This document shows, piece after piece, positions 49,070-57,975 of a stretch of DNA of 64,000 bases. How positions within the stretch are numbered: the stretch's first letter is position 1; each line of letters opens with the position of its first letter. The notes below the pieces were generated by a model, which worked only from the letters and a program-made list of their open reading frames with translations, ran no database searches and was not told the origin of the DNA. The stretch is from IMG/VR virus record IMGVR_UViG_3300042691_006655; one strand, given 5' to 3'. Made by a program: the position numbers and the translations under genes. Source of the DNA: an uncultured virus (IMG/VR IMGVR_UViG_3300042691_006655) (lineage: Duplodnaviria > Heunggongvirae > Uroviricota > Caudoviricetes).

Positions 49070-52000
49070 TACGCTGCCTTAGGAGGTATGGTATCTAATA
49101 ATACAAAGCCAGATGGTTTATATGTTTTATCATTAACCATAGTAAATGCCATTTTTCTTCTAGTTTCAAATTTATATGATACGTGTATCCAACAACTTGA
49201 TGGATGACGATATTCTAAAATTAGTTGATCATATGGTAATATTTTTTCTAGTGCTTGAATTATCTCATATGTTTTTGTGTATTGATCTGGTAACATAATA
49301 CCAATATCAAATGCTAATCCTTTAGGGTGATCAGAAGTAGGTGATTCATTACCAACCACTCCTCTTAATCTGTAACCAGAATTAATCCTCCACTGCTTTT
49401 TATACCCACCAATACCTCCAGGTAAAACTTCTAATGCTGGCTCTAATATATTTTGAGCTGATGTTGCTAAATTACAAACAATTTCTTGAATAGTATATTT
49501 TCTTTCTGGAGAACTTTTACTTTCTTTTAGCATCTGATCTGCTAGTTTATGTTTGCCACCAACACCACCATCTATTAACATACCTAAAACAAAGTTTTTA
49601 GACATTCTAAAATCATTAGTAAATTCTTTAGAAGAGTATATAATTTCGCAATTTACAGGAATTCTTTGTTCTGATCCACCAAGTGGTGCTGGTGCTTCTT
49701 CCGATGCTGTTGGTTTAGGCGCACCAATAACACCTTCTTTTCTCGCCTGTTCCTCTGATGCAGCTCGACCTTCTGGTGTTTCATAGTCATCTGGAGTTTC
49801 TGCTACGGTTCTTTCTTCAAATCTTCTTTCAGGTGGTATTAAATATGGAACTATAGGATTAACAGGGTCGCCTGCTAGTGGTGGGGTTAATTCAACTGTT
49901 TCTGCACCCTCAGCACCATTACCAAATTGTCCCTGAGAGTAATCTGCAGATAAAGTTCCACCAGCCAGCAGATCCATAGCACCAGAAGATTCTATATTAA
50001 CCTTCTCTGCCTTTTGACTAATTGAGTTACCTTGCATTTTAATATCGCCTACTGCTTTAATTAAAAGGTCTCCACCAATCGCAAAAGTAGTATCTTGTGC
50101 AGTACCTATTGATAAATTATTACCAACTTTAACAGTTGCATTTTGTTCTACTTGAATGTTAGCATCAGATCTAGCGAAAATATTAGTATTGCCTTCTACT
50201 GTTAAATTGCATTCGCCCTTTACGTGTATACAGCCATTATTTTCCATTAAAATAAAGTTATCACCAACAATGTAATTAACTTTAGATCCATTAGGATCTA
50301 TTTCGCTAAATGTGCCAGTTCTATGATAAGTATGAATTCTTTCGTAGCCAGGAGTATCGTCAAATTCTTGTACATGTCCCGACTCAGTTTCAAATACTTT
50401 ATTAAATGGATATTGTCCACCATATGCTGCTTCTGGCTGATCCCATGTACCTAAATCTAATGGTTTGGGTATAGAAAGTTTTCTAATAGCATCTTTCTTT
50501 TTTAAAATAGTTCCGTCAATAACGCCACGTGCTAATCTATTTGTGTCAGCTTCGCCAATATATTCTTTTAATGGATACTTACTATTTGGATCTCTAAATC
50601 CAATAGTGGCACTGCCATTAGCTAAAGATTGTGGTGATGGTGCTGGTGTAGATGCATCACCTACTGGTGGAGCATCTGGTATTGGTGCTGCAGCATCTTT
50701 TTCTGGAGCACCGACATCTGGAGATTGCCCATAAAAATATTCGTAATAAGATTTTTTTCTAGCAGCAATATCTGGAGAATTAACACCAACTGCTGTTTTT
50801 GCTGCTAGAAAATAGCCTGGATGATCACTAGGATTAATTTTTGCAGGAACTCTATCTTTAATATACAATGCAGCTACTAATGCAGAAACATTTATATCTG
50901 CGTCTAAAGAATCTGGGTTATTAACTATATCAAGATTTAATCCTGTTTTATTAGCTAAATTTTGATATCGTTGATAATTAGCACGACCAGTTAGCTGAAT
51001 AAATCCACGACCATAATATTTTCCGCCATCTGCGTCGGTTTGGTTGCCAAGAAAACCTTTACCACGTTTAGTGGGTCCATATGCCCAAGAAAAGAATTCT
51101 TCTCTTGATATTCCTTTTTTAGCAGCATTAGAATATTTTGCAATATCTTCTTCTGTTGCAAAAGAGTAAATAGTTTTTAATCTTGACTCAGAATAATTAT
51201 ATGATTCTAACTGAGGGATCCATGCTGATTCTCCACCAGCAATACCCAACAAGGCGCACTTTTGCTCTTTAGTTGTCAAACCAACTTTATCACAAGCTGC
51301 AATTAATGCTTTAATGCCCTCAGAAGATTTAGAAGAATTGCTAGTTGATTTTGGTGGTGGTATCGTTGGTATTGAATTATTAGTTGGTGTTTCTTTAATA
51401 GAAGAACTTGAACTACCACTAACAACTGCACCTCCAGATCCAGTTGTGATAGGATTTCCACTACCATCAATAACTTTAGAAATTTGACTTTCTTTAATCG
51501 CATCTAAATTAGATGGAACTGCCTGAAACTTTATAATATTTTCGCCATAGTTAGTGACTGGATTGCTTATTGTTATTTTTGTTCCGCTGTTAATAGAAAC
51601 AATATAAGTTTCTTTTGGGATTTCAAATCCCAAAACGATCATATTTGCTCTTAAATCTTTAGTTAAATTAGTAGAATTATATTCTGGATCATAAAATTCT
51701 AATTGAGTGCCATTAGTTGGACCAGGAACTGTTCTTAGTTGTAAATTCTCAATTTTACCACCAGAACCAATAGGAGCATCGTCATCACCATCAACTGGTC
51801 CAGGAGCAGATGGAATTCCACCAACAGTACCGAACATGATTGGCTGCTGCATCGCTTCGTCTGCAAACATAATAATAACAGTAGTGCCTTCAACTGGACC
51901 AATTGGAGAATGCCCGATACCATTCATAGCTGCAGAAGTTACTGGTTGTACTGGTGTAGCCCAAGGTAACTCAGAAGTTGGTAGTTGAGTTTTATCATGA

Positions 52001-52086
52001 GTGTGCAACCCAACTATTCTAACTTGACATCGACCTAATTTTAAAGGATCAGATCTATTTTCTACAATACTAAAATAAAAATTCAT
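49069..52086 (-). CDS. 5: Baseplate hub spike gp5 with GH19 glycosidase-like and C-terminal M15 peptidase domains
   Basis: OB-fold DPLKLGRCQVRIVGLH...LPWA; GH19 YYGRGFIQLTGRANY; YPFNKVFETESGHVQEFDDTPGYERIH and beta-helix; INSGYR..SDH..G.AFDI..WIHVSY. Confidence 0.92.
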   Translation of the reverse strand: MNFYFSIVENRSDPLKLGRCQVRIVGLHTHDKTQLPTSELPWATPVQPVTSAAMNGIGHSPIGPVEGTTVIIMFADEAMQQPIMFGTVGGIPSAPGPVDGDDDAPIGSGGKIENLQLRTVPGPTNGTQLEFYDPEYNSTNLTKDLRANMIVLGFEIPKETYIVSINSGTKITISNPVTNYGENIIKFQAVPSNLDAIKESQISKVIDGSGNPITTGSGGAVVSGSSSSSIKETPTNNSIPTIPPPKSTSNSSKSSEGIKALIAACDKVGLTTKEQKCALLGIAGGESAWIPQLESYNYSESRLKTIYSFATEEDIAKYSNAAKKGISREEFFSWAYGPTKRGKGFLGNQTDADGGKYYGRGFIQLTGRANYQRYQNLANKTGLNLDIVNNPDSLDADINVSALVAALYIKDRVPAKINPSDHPGYFLAAKTAVGVNSPDIAARKKSYYEYFYGQSPDVGAPEKDAAAPIPDAPPVGDASTPAPSPQSLANGSATIGFRDPNSKYPLKEYIGEADTNRLARGVIDGTILKKKDAIRKLSIPKPLDLGTWDQPEAAYGGQYPFNKVFETESGHVQEFDDTPGYERIHTYHRTGTFSEIDPNGSKVNYIVGDNFILMENNGCIHVKGECNLTVEGNTNIFARSDANIQVEQNATVKVGNNLSIGTAQDTTFAIGGDLLIKAVGDIKMQGNSISQKAEKVNIESSGAMDLLAGGTLSADYSQGQFGNGAEGAETVELTPPLAGDPVNPIVPYLIPPERRFEERTVAETPDDYETPEGRAASEEQARKEGVIGAPKPTASEEAPAPLGGSEQRIPVNCEIIYSSKEFTNDFRMSKNFVLGMLIDGGVGGKHKLADQMLKESKSSPERKYTIQEIVCNLATSAQNILEPALEVLPGGIGGYKKQWRINSGYRLRGVVGNESPTSDHPKGLAFDIGIMLPDQYTKTYEIIQALEKILPYDQLILEYRHPSSCWIHVSYKFETRRKMAFTMVNDKTYKPSGFVLLDTIPPKAA

Positions 52087-53363
52087 TATTTTCCTCTATT
52101 CATATCAAGTAGTGACGATTCTTTAATAAGTTCCATATGACACTCATGTTTTTCTTTATCAATGTAATGATTTATTGCAGCTATAAGATAAAGACCAGAA
52201 AACATTTTATCAACAGTATCATTATCTTTTCTAGAGATAGGTTCAATTCTTGGCAAAGAAATATCTACTTTTTGGCCAACTGTATAATCTGTTCTTCCAG
52301 GTACAACAATGTTTATCTTATTAGACTCCGCTAATGTTAACAATGATATTCTTTCTTGATTTATTTTAGCAGCGGTGACATCACCGAAACCATTAAAATT
52401 ACCATAATATTTTGGATAGTTAAAAATAGTAGCATTAGCACGAAATATTGCTTTGTCAGAATTTATTGCAAATTTATTTAAATGTTTTTGTTCTGTGAAT
52501 CTTTGAAACATGTTATAATTTTTGCTAGAATATGTTTTTTTAGTAACATCGTAGGTAATCTGTTTAGAAGAAAGCATACCAGAACTAATCCTTTTCATGT
52601 AATCAAAAACATCAGGTATGCTTATTTCACTAATTCTTCTATAATCTTCTTGTATATTTTTAACGCTACCAGAAAGTGGTAGTGAATCTCTTGTATAAGA
52701 ATCATAAACAAATTTCTGATAAGTATTGCCTACATATAAAGATTCTAAAGAACAATAATAAAACCCATCTCTATTTTCAAAAAAAACATAACTTGGAGAT
52801 CTATTAGCGTTGGTTGATAAGGAAGTTAAATAATTTAAATTTTTAAAAGGTGACCAGAAATTTGAAATATATTTGGTGCTATTATTAGTAGGTTCTATAA
52901 AAACTTTCTTTTCACTTTCAAGACCAATAGTTTTATCTTTAATAAATGGCTCTACTAGATTAGATATTTTATCCCCAAAAACTCTACTAATTTTTTTATT
53001 TAAATCTACTATGGCTTCTGCAGATATAAAATGCATCTGATAAACTACGTTTTTATTTCCTATTAGTTCTCTGTCAGTAATTTTATAAATGTAATATCTA
53101 CCTTTTATACCAGCTTTTTCTAATGTTGGTGTAGTTATTTCAAGATCGATATACTCTTCACCTATAAATGGGAAAAGATTAATATAATCTAATGATTCTT
53201 TAAGTATTATAGAACCAGTTATAAATGGTGAAAATAAATCTTCATAATATTGAATGTTAATAATTTGAGCAGATATATCCTGAAAGAAGCCATTAGATGT
53301 TATAATTCTGGCTTTATCTACACTAACATCACCAGCGAAACGTAAGATCTTACTAGATTTCAT
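52086..53363 (-). CDS. Baseplate hub protein (gp27-like)
   Basis: YEDLFSPFITGSI, PFIGEE, VFFENRDGF, VPG..DYTVG, SGLYLIAAINH; position before gp5. Confidence 0.75.
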   Translation of the reverse strand: MKSSKILRFAGDVSVDKARIITSNGFFQDISAQIINIQYYEDLFSPFITGSIILKESLDYINLFPFIGEEYIDLEITTPTLEKAGIKGRYYIYKITDRELIGNKNVVYQMHFISAEAIVDLNKKISRVFGDKISNLVEPFIKDKTIGLESEKKVFIEPTNNSTKYISNFWSPFKNLNYLTSLSTNANRSPSYVFFENRDGFYYCSLESLYVGNTYQKFVYDSYTRDSLPLSGSVKNIQEDYRRISEISIPDVFDYMKRISSGMLSSKQITYDVTKKTYSSKNYNMFQRFTEQKHLNKFAINSDKAIFRANATIFNYPKYYGNFNGFGDVTAAKINQERISLLTLAESNKINIVVPGRTDYTVGQKVDISLPRIEPISRKDNDTVDKMFSGLYLIAAINHYIDKEKHECHMELIKESSLLDMNRGK

Positions 53364-53854
53364 TATAAAATATCTTTATACTCATTTAAAATAGTGTTGA
53401 TTAACTTTGCAGAAATAATTTTTATTCTTCTTTTAGATTCATTTATTCTTCTCTCATATTGTTCATTTGATACAGAAGTGGCACCTGGAGCATCTGAGTT
53501 TACTACATAACCTTGTGCGTTTTCATAATGATGTACTCCTGACACATTTGTACCATAAACAGATTGAATGTGTTTAACTAATGCAACTTCTTCTAAAGGA
53601 AAATCAGTAATATAATCATACCTATCATTGGCTAACATTAATATCCAATGATACTGTGGGTTTCCATAAATTTTTTCAGCAATTATTTCTGGTGTTTCGC
53701 CATCTATAATATCATAGTAATCATATAAAGTTATATTTGATAACAATTCTTTTCTAAAACGTACATTCGATGTTATATCTTTAACTATGCTAGTTTTGAC
53801 TTGGTTTCCGTATTTAAAATCATAAAGAAACTTTGGAAATTTATCAAAATACAT
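53363..53854 (-). CDS. 53: Baseplate wedge protein
   Basis: MYFDKFP, DGETPEIIAEKIYG..YHWILM, NESKRRIKI. Confidence 0.93.
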   Translation of the reverse strand: MYFDKFPKFLYDFKYGNQVKTSIVKDITSNVRFRKELLSNITLYDYYDIIDGETPEIIAEKIYGNPQYHWILMLANDRYDYITDFPLEEVALVKHIQSVYGTNVSGVHHYENAQGYVVNSDAPGATSVSNEQYERRINESKRRIKIISAKLINTILNEYKDIL

Positions 53855-55023
53855 TATAGACCATCCTTAATCTTATCTTTGGTGAGAAGAGCAAGCTCTC
53901 TAAATTGCAATGTTATATTGATTTGAGTAGGCATTCCATCAGGGAAAGTTGTAAAGTTACCATTTGGAGTATAATTAACACTCATTTCTGTTAATACGCA
54001 CGAAGTGTGACGATGAAGATTTAAATTCTCACTACCACCAGTATAATAGAATATGTCAAACTCAGAAGGATATATGTAAATAAAATTATTTGTATCTTTA
54101 AATTCTGGGTGCATATGATACTTAAATTCTTGTATAATTCTTAATACATTATTAGACTCATCAGAATTTCTTGGGTAGAACTGATAATCAAAAGAAAATG
54201 TTCTAAAATCTACACCTTTAAACACCTGTTCTTTTTTAGGGTTTGCTGCTAATCCCAATGCAGCTGAGTTTGCTCCTGCGTTTGGTCCTTTTGATAATGC
54301 CAAGTTAGCAATAATTGCCTGTCCGACACCAGTCACATCAGCTTTTTTATCTTTATCTAATGCCTTCATTATTTCACCAACACCTGCTTGAGCCATCGCT
54401 AAACCAGCAGTATCTTCTTCAGAATAAGTGACGCCATATCTAATTTGTAATTGATTTGGTACGTGCATGGCAATAGCAGTTTTTAATCTTTTTTGAGATC
54501 TAACAGCATCTGGAGCCATCGTCGCTGCAGCCATTAATCCTACAGTAGAAATATTAGCAATAGCAGCACCTTTAGCTGCACCACCGATATTACCAGAAAG
54601 AAGACCTCCACCAGCTGCTCCAGCAATGGTATTAAGAGTTGCGTTAGCACCTACTAAAGAACCAGTAGCACCACCTGTAAATTTTTGAGCGATTAAATCG
54701 CCACGATCTCTGGCTGGAAAATCTGCCACGAAATCTTGTTCGGTTAAAGATTTTGCTAGTTTAGAATCTGTAGCTATATTAATATAGAAAATAACATAAT
54801 GACCACCATACCTATTGTCGTCAGACATAAGATCAGAAGGGTACATATAATTATTAACAGAATATTTTCCACCATCGAATTGATCCTTTTTACCACGAAT
54901 AAACTGTTGTTCTAATGGAGTTCCTTTTTGACTAATTCTATTGACTAGCTGTTTACCACTCTCTGAAACTCTACTAATAGTAGGTTTAGCAGCTTCAACG
55001 GCTCTGTCCCATATGTTTTGCAT
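53854..55023 (-). CDS. 48: Baseplate tail tube cap
   Basis: NPKKEQVFKGVDFRTFSFDYQFYPRN, YPSEFDI, CVLTEMSVNYTP, LQFREL. Confidence 0.9.
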   Translation of the reverse strand: MQNIWDRAVEAAKPTISRVSESGKQLVNRISQKGTPLEQQFIRGKKDQFDGGKYSVNNYMYPSDLMSDDNRYGGHYVIFYINIATDSKLAKSLTEQDFVADFPARDRGDLIAQKFTGGATGSLVGANATLNTIAGAAGGGLLSGNIGGAAKGAAIANISTVGLMAAATMAPDAVRSQKRLKTAIAMHVPNQLQIRYGVTYSEEDTAGLAMAQAGVGEIMKALDKDKKADVTGVGQAIIANLALSKGPNAGANSAALGLAANPKKEQVFKGVDFRTFSFDYQFYPRNSDESNNVLRIIQEFKYHMHPEFKDTNNFIYIYPSEFDIFYYTGGSENLNLHRHTSCVLTEMSVNYTPNGNFTTFPDGMPTQINITLQFRELALLTKDKIKDGL

Positions 55024-55035
55024 TTCTGTTCCTTA

Positions 55036-55043
55036 ACTAAATA
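55036..55043 (+). promoter_or_regulatory. Late promoter ACTAAATA for gp4
   Basis: TAAATA core 30 nt upstream of the gp4 ATG. Confidence 0.7.
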
Positions 55044-55068
55044 AATGTGGTTATTTATTTCTAACTCT

Positions 55069-55076
55069 TATTTATG
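55069..55076 (-). promoter_or_regulatory. Late promoter CATAAATA for the gp48-gp53-gp5 operon
   Basis: TAAATA core on the minus strand, overlapping the gp4 ATG; a second AATAAATA lies at 55052-55059. Confidence 0.65.
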
Positions 55077-55505
55077 TTCCATAAAAGAAAGTTTATTCCT
55101 TTATTTCCAGAGAAATATGCTGGAGACCCCACAAACATCATTATGAGATCTAGTTGGGAAACTAGATTTGCCTCCTGGTGTGATAAAAACACGTCTATTG
55201 TTAAGTGGAGTTCTGAGGAAACCGTAATTCCATATAGATGTCCTACTGATAATTACATCCACAGATATTTTGTAGATTTTAAAATAACAACAAATACACA
55301 AAAAACGTACTTGGTAGAAGTTAAACCTCAAAAACAAACTATTCCACCTGTATTTCCAGGAAAACAGACTCAAAGATATCTGTTAGAATCATTAACATTT
55401 TTAAAAAATCAGGCGAAATGGGAAGCTGCTAAAAAATATGCAAAAGATAGGGGTTGGGAGTTTAAAATTATAACCGAACACGAGTTAGGTATAGCACCTA
55501 AATAA
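55074..55505 (+). CDS. 4: Head completion nuclease (TnsA-like)
   Basis: KYAGDPTNI..RSSWE, WSSEE, HRYFVDF, VEVKP, NQAKWEAA, FKIITEHEL. Confidence 0.94.
   Translation: MFHKRKFIPLFPEKYAGDPTNIIMRSSWETRFASWCDKNTSIVKWSSEETVIPYRCPTDNYIHRYFVDFKITTNTQKTYLVEVKPQKQTIPPVFPGKQTQRYLLESLTFLKNQAKWEAAKKYAKDRGWEFKIITEHELGIAPK
55497..55504 (+). promoter_or_regulatory. Late promoter variant CCTAAATA for gp2
   Basis: TAAATA core overlapping the gp4 stop, 6 nt upstream of the gp2 ATG. Confidence 0.7.
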
Positions 55506-55510
55506 CTAAT

Positions 55511-56125
55511 ATGGCTATACCTAAACCTAAAGAATCAATGTTAGATGTATTCGAACGAAACAAATATGACTTAACTACTGTTGTTAGAAAGTCTAGAGGT
55601 TGGTTCGAACAGCAGGTTAATTTGTTAACCAAGCAGCAGCTCACTCCAGGAAAAGTATTAAATGGCAATCCAGAACAATTGGTGACTAAAATTATGCCTG
55701 GAAGATTATACATGTTTGTATATGATCCAAAACTTAAAAAAGAGCTACCATATTATGATAGATTTCCGCTAGTTTTTCCATTTAGTAGAACTGAAGATGG
55801 ATTTATTGGTTTAAACATGCATTATCTTCCATATCCTGTTAGAATTAGATTGTTAGATTCTCTATTAACATTTAAAACTAATAATAGAATGGACGAAACT
55901 ACAAAATTAAAATATTCTTGGCAAGTTATTGATGGTGTTTCTAAGTTTGCTCCAGCACAGCCTTGTGTTAAAAGATATTTGAGCGGACACATTAGATCTC
56001 AATTTAGGCAGGTAGAATCTAATGATTGGGCGACAGCTATGCTACTCCCAGTTGAAAGATTTGCTGGCGCTAATAAACAAGAAGTATGGGCAGATTCAAC
56101 TAAAATAATAAGAAGAAACAAATAA
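55511..56125 (+). CDS. 2: DNA end protector protein
   Basis: GRLYMFVYDPK..LPYYDRFPL, GLNMHYLP, CVKRYL, VWADS. Confidence 0.93.
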   Translation: MAIPKPKESMLDVFERNKYDLTTVVRKSRGWFEQQVNLLTKQQLTPGKVLNGNPEQLVTKIMPGRLYMFVYDPKLKKELPYYDRFPLVFPFSRTEDGFIGLNMHYLPYPVRIRLLDSLLTFKTNNRMDETTKLKYSWQVIDGVSKFAPAQPCVKRYLSGHIRSQFRQVESNDWATAMLLPVERFAGANKQEVWADSTKIIRRNK

Positions 56126-56814
56126 TGTTAAAAGACTTTATAGCAGAAATCAAAAGAGGTGCATTAGCAAGAACTAATCGCTATGCAGTATTATTCGATA
56201 CGCCAGAAGGTGTAAACTCAGCATCTTTAAGAAAAATATTGTTGTTCTGCGATCAAGTTCAATTACCTGGTGTTAATTTTTCAACAGTGCAAAATAGAAC
56301 ATTTGGTGAATTTAGAGAAGTTCCTTATGAGAAATTATTTGATAATTTAAATTTATCATTTTACGTAGATCAAGATATGAAGGTTAAATCTATGTTTGAT
56401 AAATGGATTAACATGATACAAGATCCTTTAACTAGAAATTTTAATTACTATGATAAATTTATTGCACCAAAATTTGAAATAGAGGTCCAGGATATTAATG
56501 ACAAAACACGATATCAATTAACATTATGGGAAGCATATCCTAAAAATATAGGTTCTATACAATTAGATAACTCAGCTAAAGATATAATGAAGTTAAGTGT
56601 AACTATACAATACAAATATTGGACAGCTACTACAGTTCAACCACTTCCCGATCAACAAAAGATTTCAAATTCTTTAATTGATAAGGCTATAAAAAATTTT
56701 ACTGGGTTCCAAGAAACATTAAATCAAACCTTAGGAACTAAAGCAGGAAACGCTATAACTGGATCTGCTTTGACATATGGTATAACAAAATTACCAGGAG
56801 CATTAAAGTTCTAA
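56125..56814 (+). CDS. 54: Baseplate tail tube initiator (tail-tube fold)
   Basis: GALARTNRY, LFCDQVQLPG, LSFYVD, LWEAYPK, LSVTIQYKYW. Confidence 0.8.
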   Translation: MLKDFIAEIKRGALARTNRYAVLFDTPEGVNSASLRKILLFCDQVQLPGVNFSTVQNRTFGEFREVPYEKLFDNLNLSFYVDQDMKVKSMFDKWINMIQDPLTRNFNYYDKFIAPKFEIEVQDINDKTRYQLTLWEAYPKNIGSIQLDNSAKDIMKLSVTIQYKYWTATTVQPLPDQQKISNSLIDKAIKNFTGFQETLNQTLGTKAGNAITGSALTYGITKLPGALKF

Positions 56815-56837
56815 ATGTTCAATAAATAGGAATTACT

Positions 56838-57251
56838 ATGAAAATTGATGAAACATTATCTGAAGTTTTTGACGTGCAGCCAATGACCAAAACTGAAATT
56901 GTTGATAAGACTGGAAACATTATTCCAGAAGTTAATAATAAAGTTGAAGACGATTACGAAATAACAAGAAATAATTTAAGAGTTATATTACAGCAGGGAC
57001 AAGAAGCTCTACAAAAATCCCTAGATGTTGCGATGCAATCAGAACACCCAAGAGCATTTGAGGTTGTTGGGAATCTTATGAAACAACTTGCTGACGTAAA
57101 TCAACAGTTACTAGATTTACATATGCAAAAACAAAAATTAGATGCACCTAAAGAATCGTCTAAAAAAGAAGTGACTAATAACAATGCTATCTTTGTAGGT
57201 AGCACTGCTGAGTTGAATAAGTTAATCAAGAATATGTCTAAAGGAGATTGA
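56838..57251 (+). CDS. 16: Terminase small subunit
   Basis: DDYEITRNNL, SEHPRAFEVVGNLMK, TNNNAIFVGSTAELNKL; AATAAATA at 56821-56828 upstream. Confidence 0.93.
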   Translation: MKIDETLSEVFDVQPMTKTEIVDKTGNIIPEVNNKVEDDYEITRNNLRVILQQGQEALQKSLDVAMQSEHPRAFEVVGNLMKQLADVNQQLLDLHMQKQKLDAPKESSKKEVTNNNAIFVGSTAELNKLIKNMSKGD

Positions 57252-57252
57252 T

Positions 57253-57975
57253 ATGGCATTACCTATTATGAGCACCCCAACCTATACAATGATTGTTCCA
57301 TCAAGTGGACAACCAGTTAAGTATAGACCATTTTTAGTTAAAGAAGAAAAGGCTCTATTAATAGCACAGCAATCAGAAGATTTATCTACAATGGTAGAAA
57401 CCCTAAAGGGGGTTGTTAAATCTTGTGTGCAAGACAACATTGATGTTGAAAAATTAGCTACGTTTGATTTAGAGTATATGTTTACTCAAATTCGTGGAAA
57501 ATCTGTAGGAGAAACTGTTGATTTAATATTCGCTTGTGATGAAGATCATGGCGAACAAAATGCAAAGGCAAGATCAACAGTAACTATTGACTTAACTACA
57601 TTAGTGGTAGATAAATCACCAGACCATACAAATAAAATTCAATTATTTGACGATGTAGGTGTTATTATGAAGTACCCTACAGTAGATATTATTAAAAAAC
57701 TTGAGGGTATTAACACTGAAGATTTAGACAAAGTGTTTGATATTATGGCGTTATCTATTGATTACATTTATAAGTCAGATGAAATTTTTTATAGCAAAGA
57801 ACAAACACATAATGATTTGGTACAATTTATTGGCAATTTAACATCTGATCAGTTTTTAAAAATTCAGAAGTTTTTTGAAACTATGCCAAAAATTAAGAAA
57901 CAGATAGAATACAATTGTCCAGTTTGCGGAAAACACCATGTTAAGGTGTTGGAGGGTCTCCAGAATTTTTTTTAG
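57253..57975 (+). CDS. 26: Baseplate hub assembly protein
   Basis: MALP..TPTY, KYRPFLVKEEKALL, DLEYMFTQIRGKSVGE, FFETMPK, CPVC, ends LEGLQNFF. Confidence 0.92.
   Translation: MALPIMSTPTYTMIVPSSGQPVKYRPFLVKEEKALLIAQQSEDLSTMVETLKGVVKSCVQDNIDVEKLATFDLEYMFTQIRGKSVGETVDLIFACDEDHGEQNAKARSTVTIDLTTLVVDKSPDHTNKIQLFDDVGVIMKYPTVDIIKKLEGINTEDLDKVFDIMALSIDYIYKSDEIFYSKEQTHNDLVQFIGNLTSDQFLKIQKFFETMPKIKKQIEYNCPVCGKHHVKVLEGLQNFF

Noticed and set aside
896..52682. Many plus-strand ORFs of 60-205 aa opposite the structural genes
   Set aside because: Antisense shadows of Thr/Gly/Ala-rich codon usage; no recognisable motifs or ribosome sites.
55074..55505. TnsA-like transposase suggesting a mobile element
   Set aside because: It is the T4 gp4 head-completion nuclease in its usual context beside gp2; no transposon ends.
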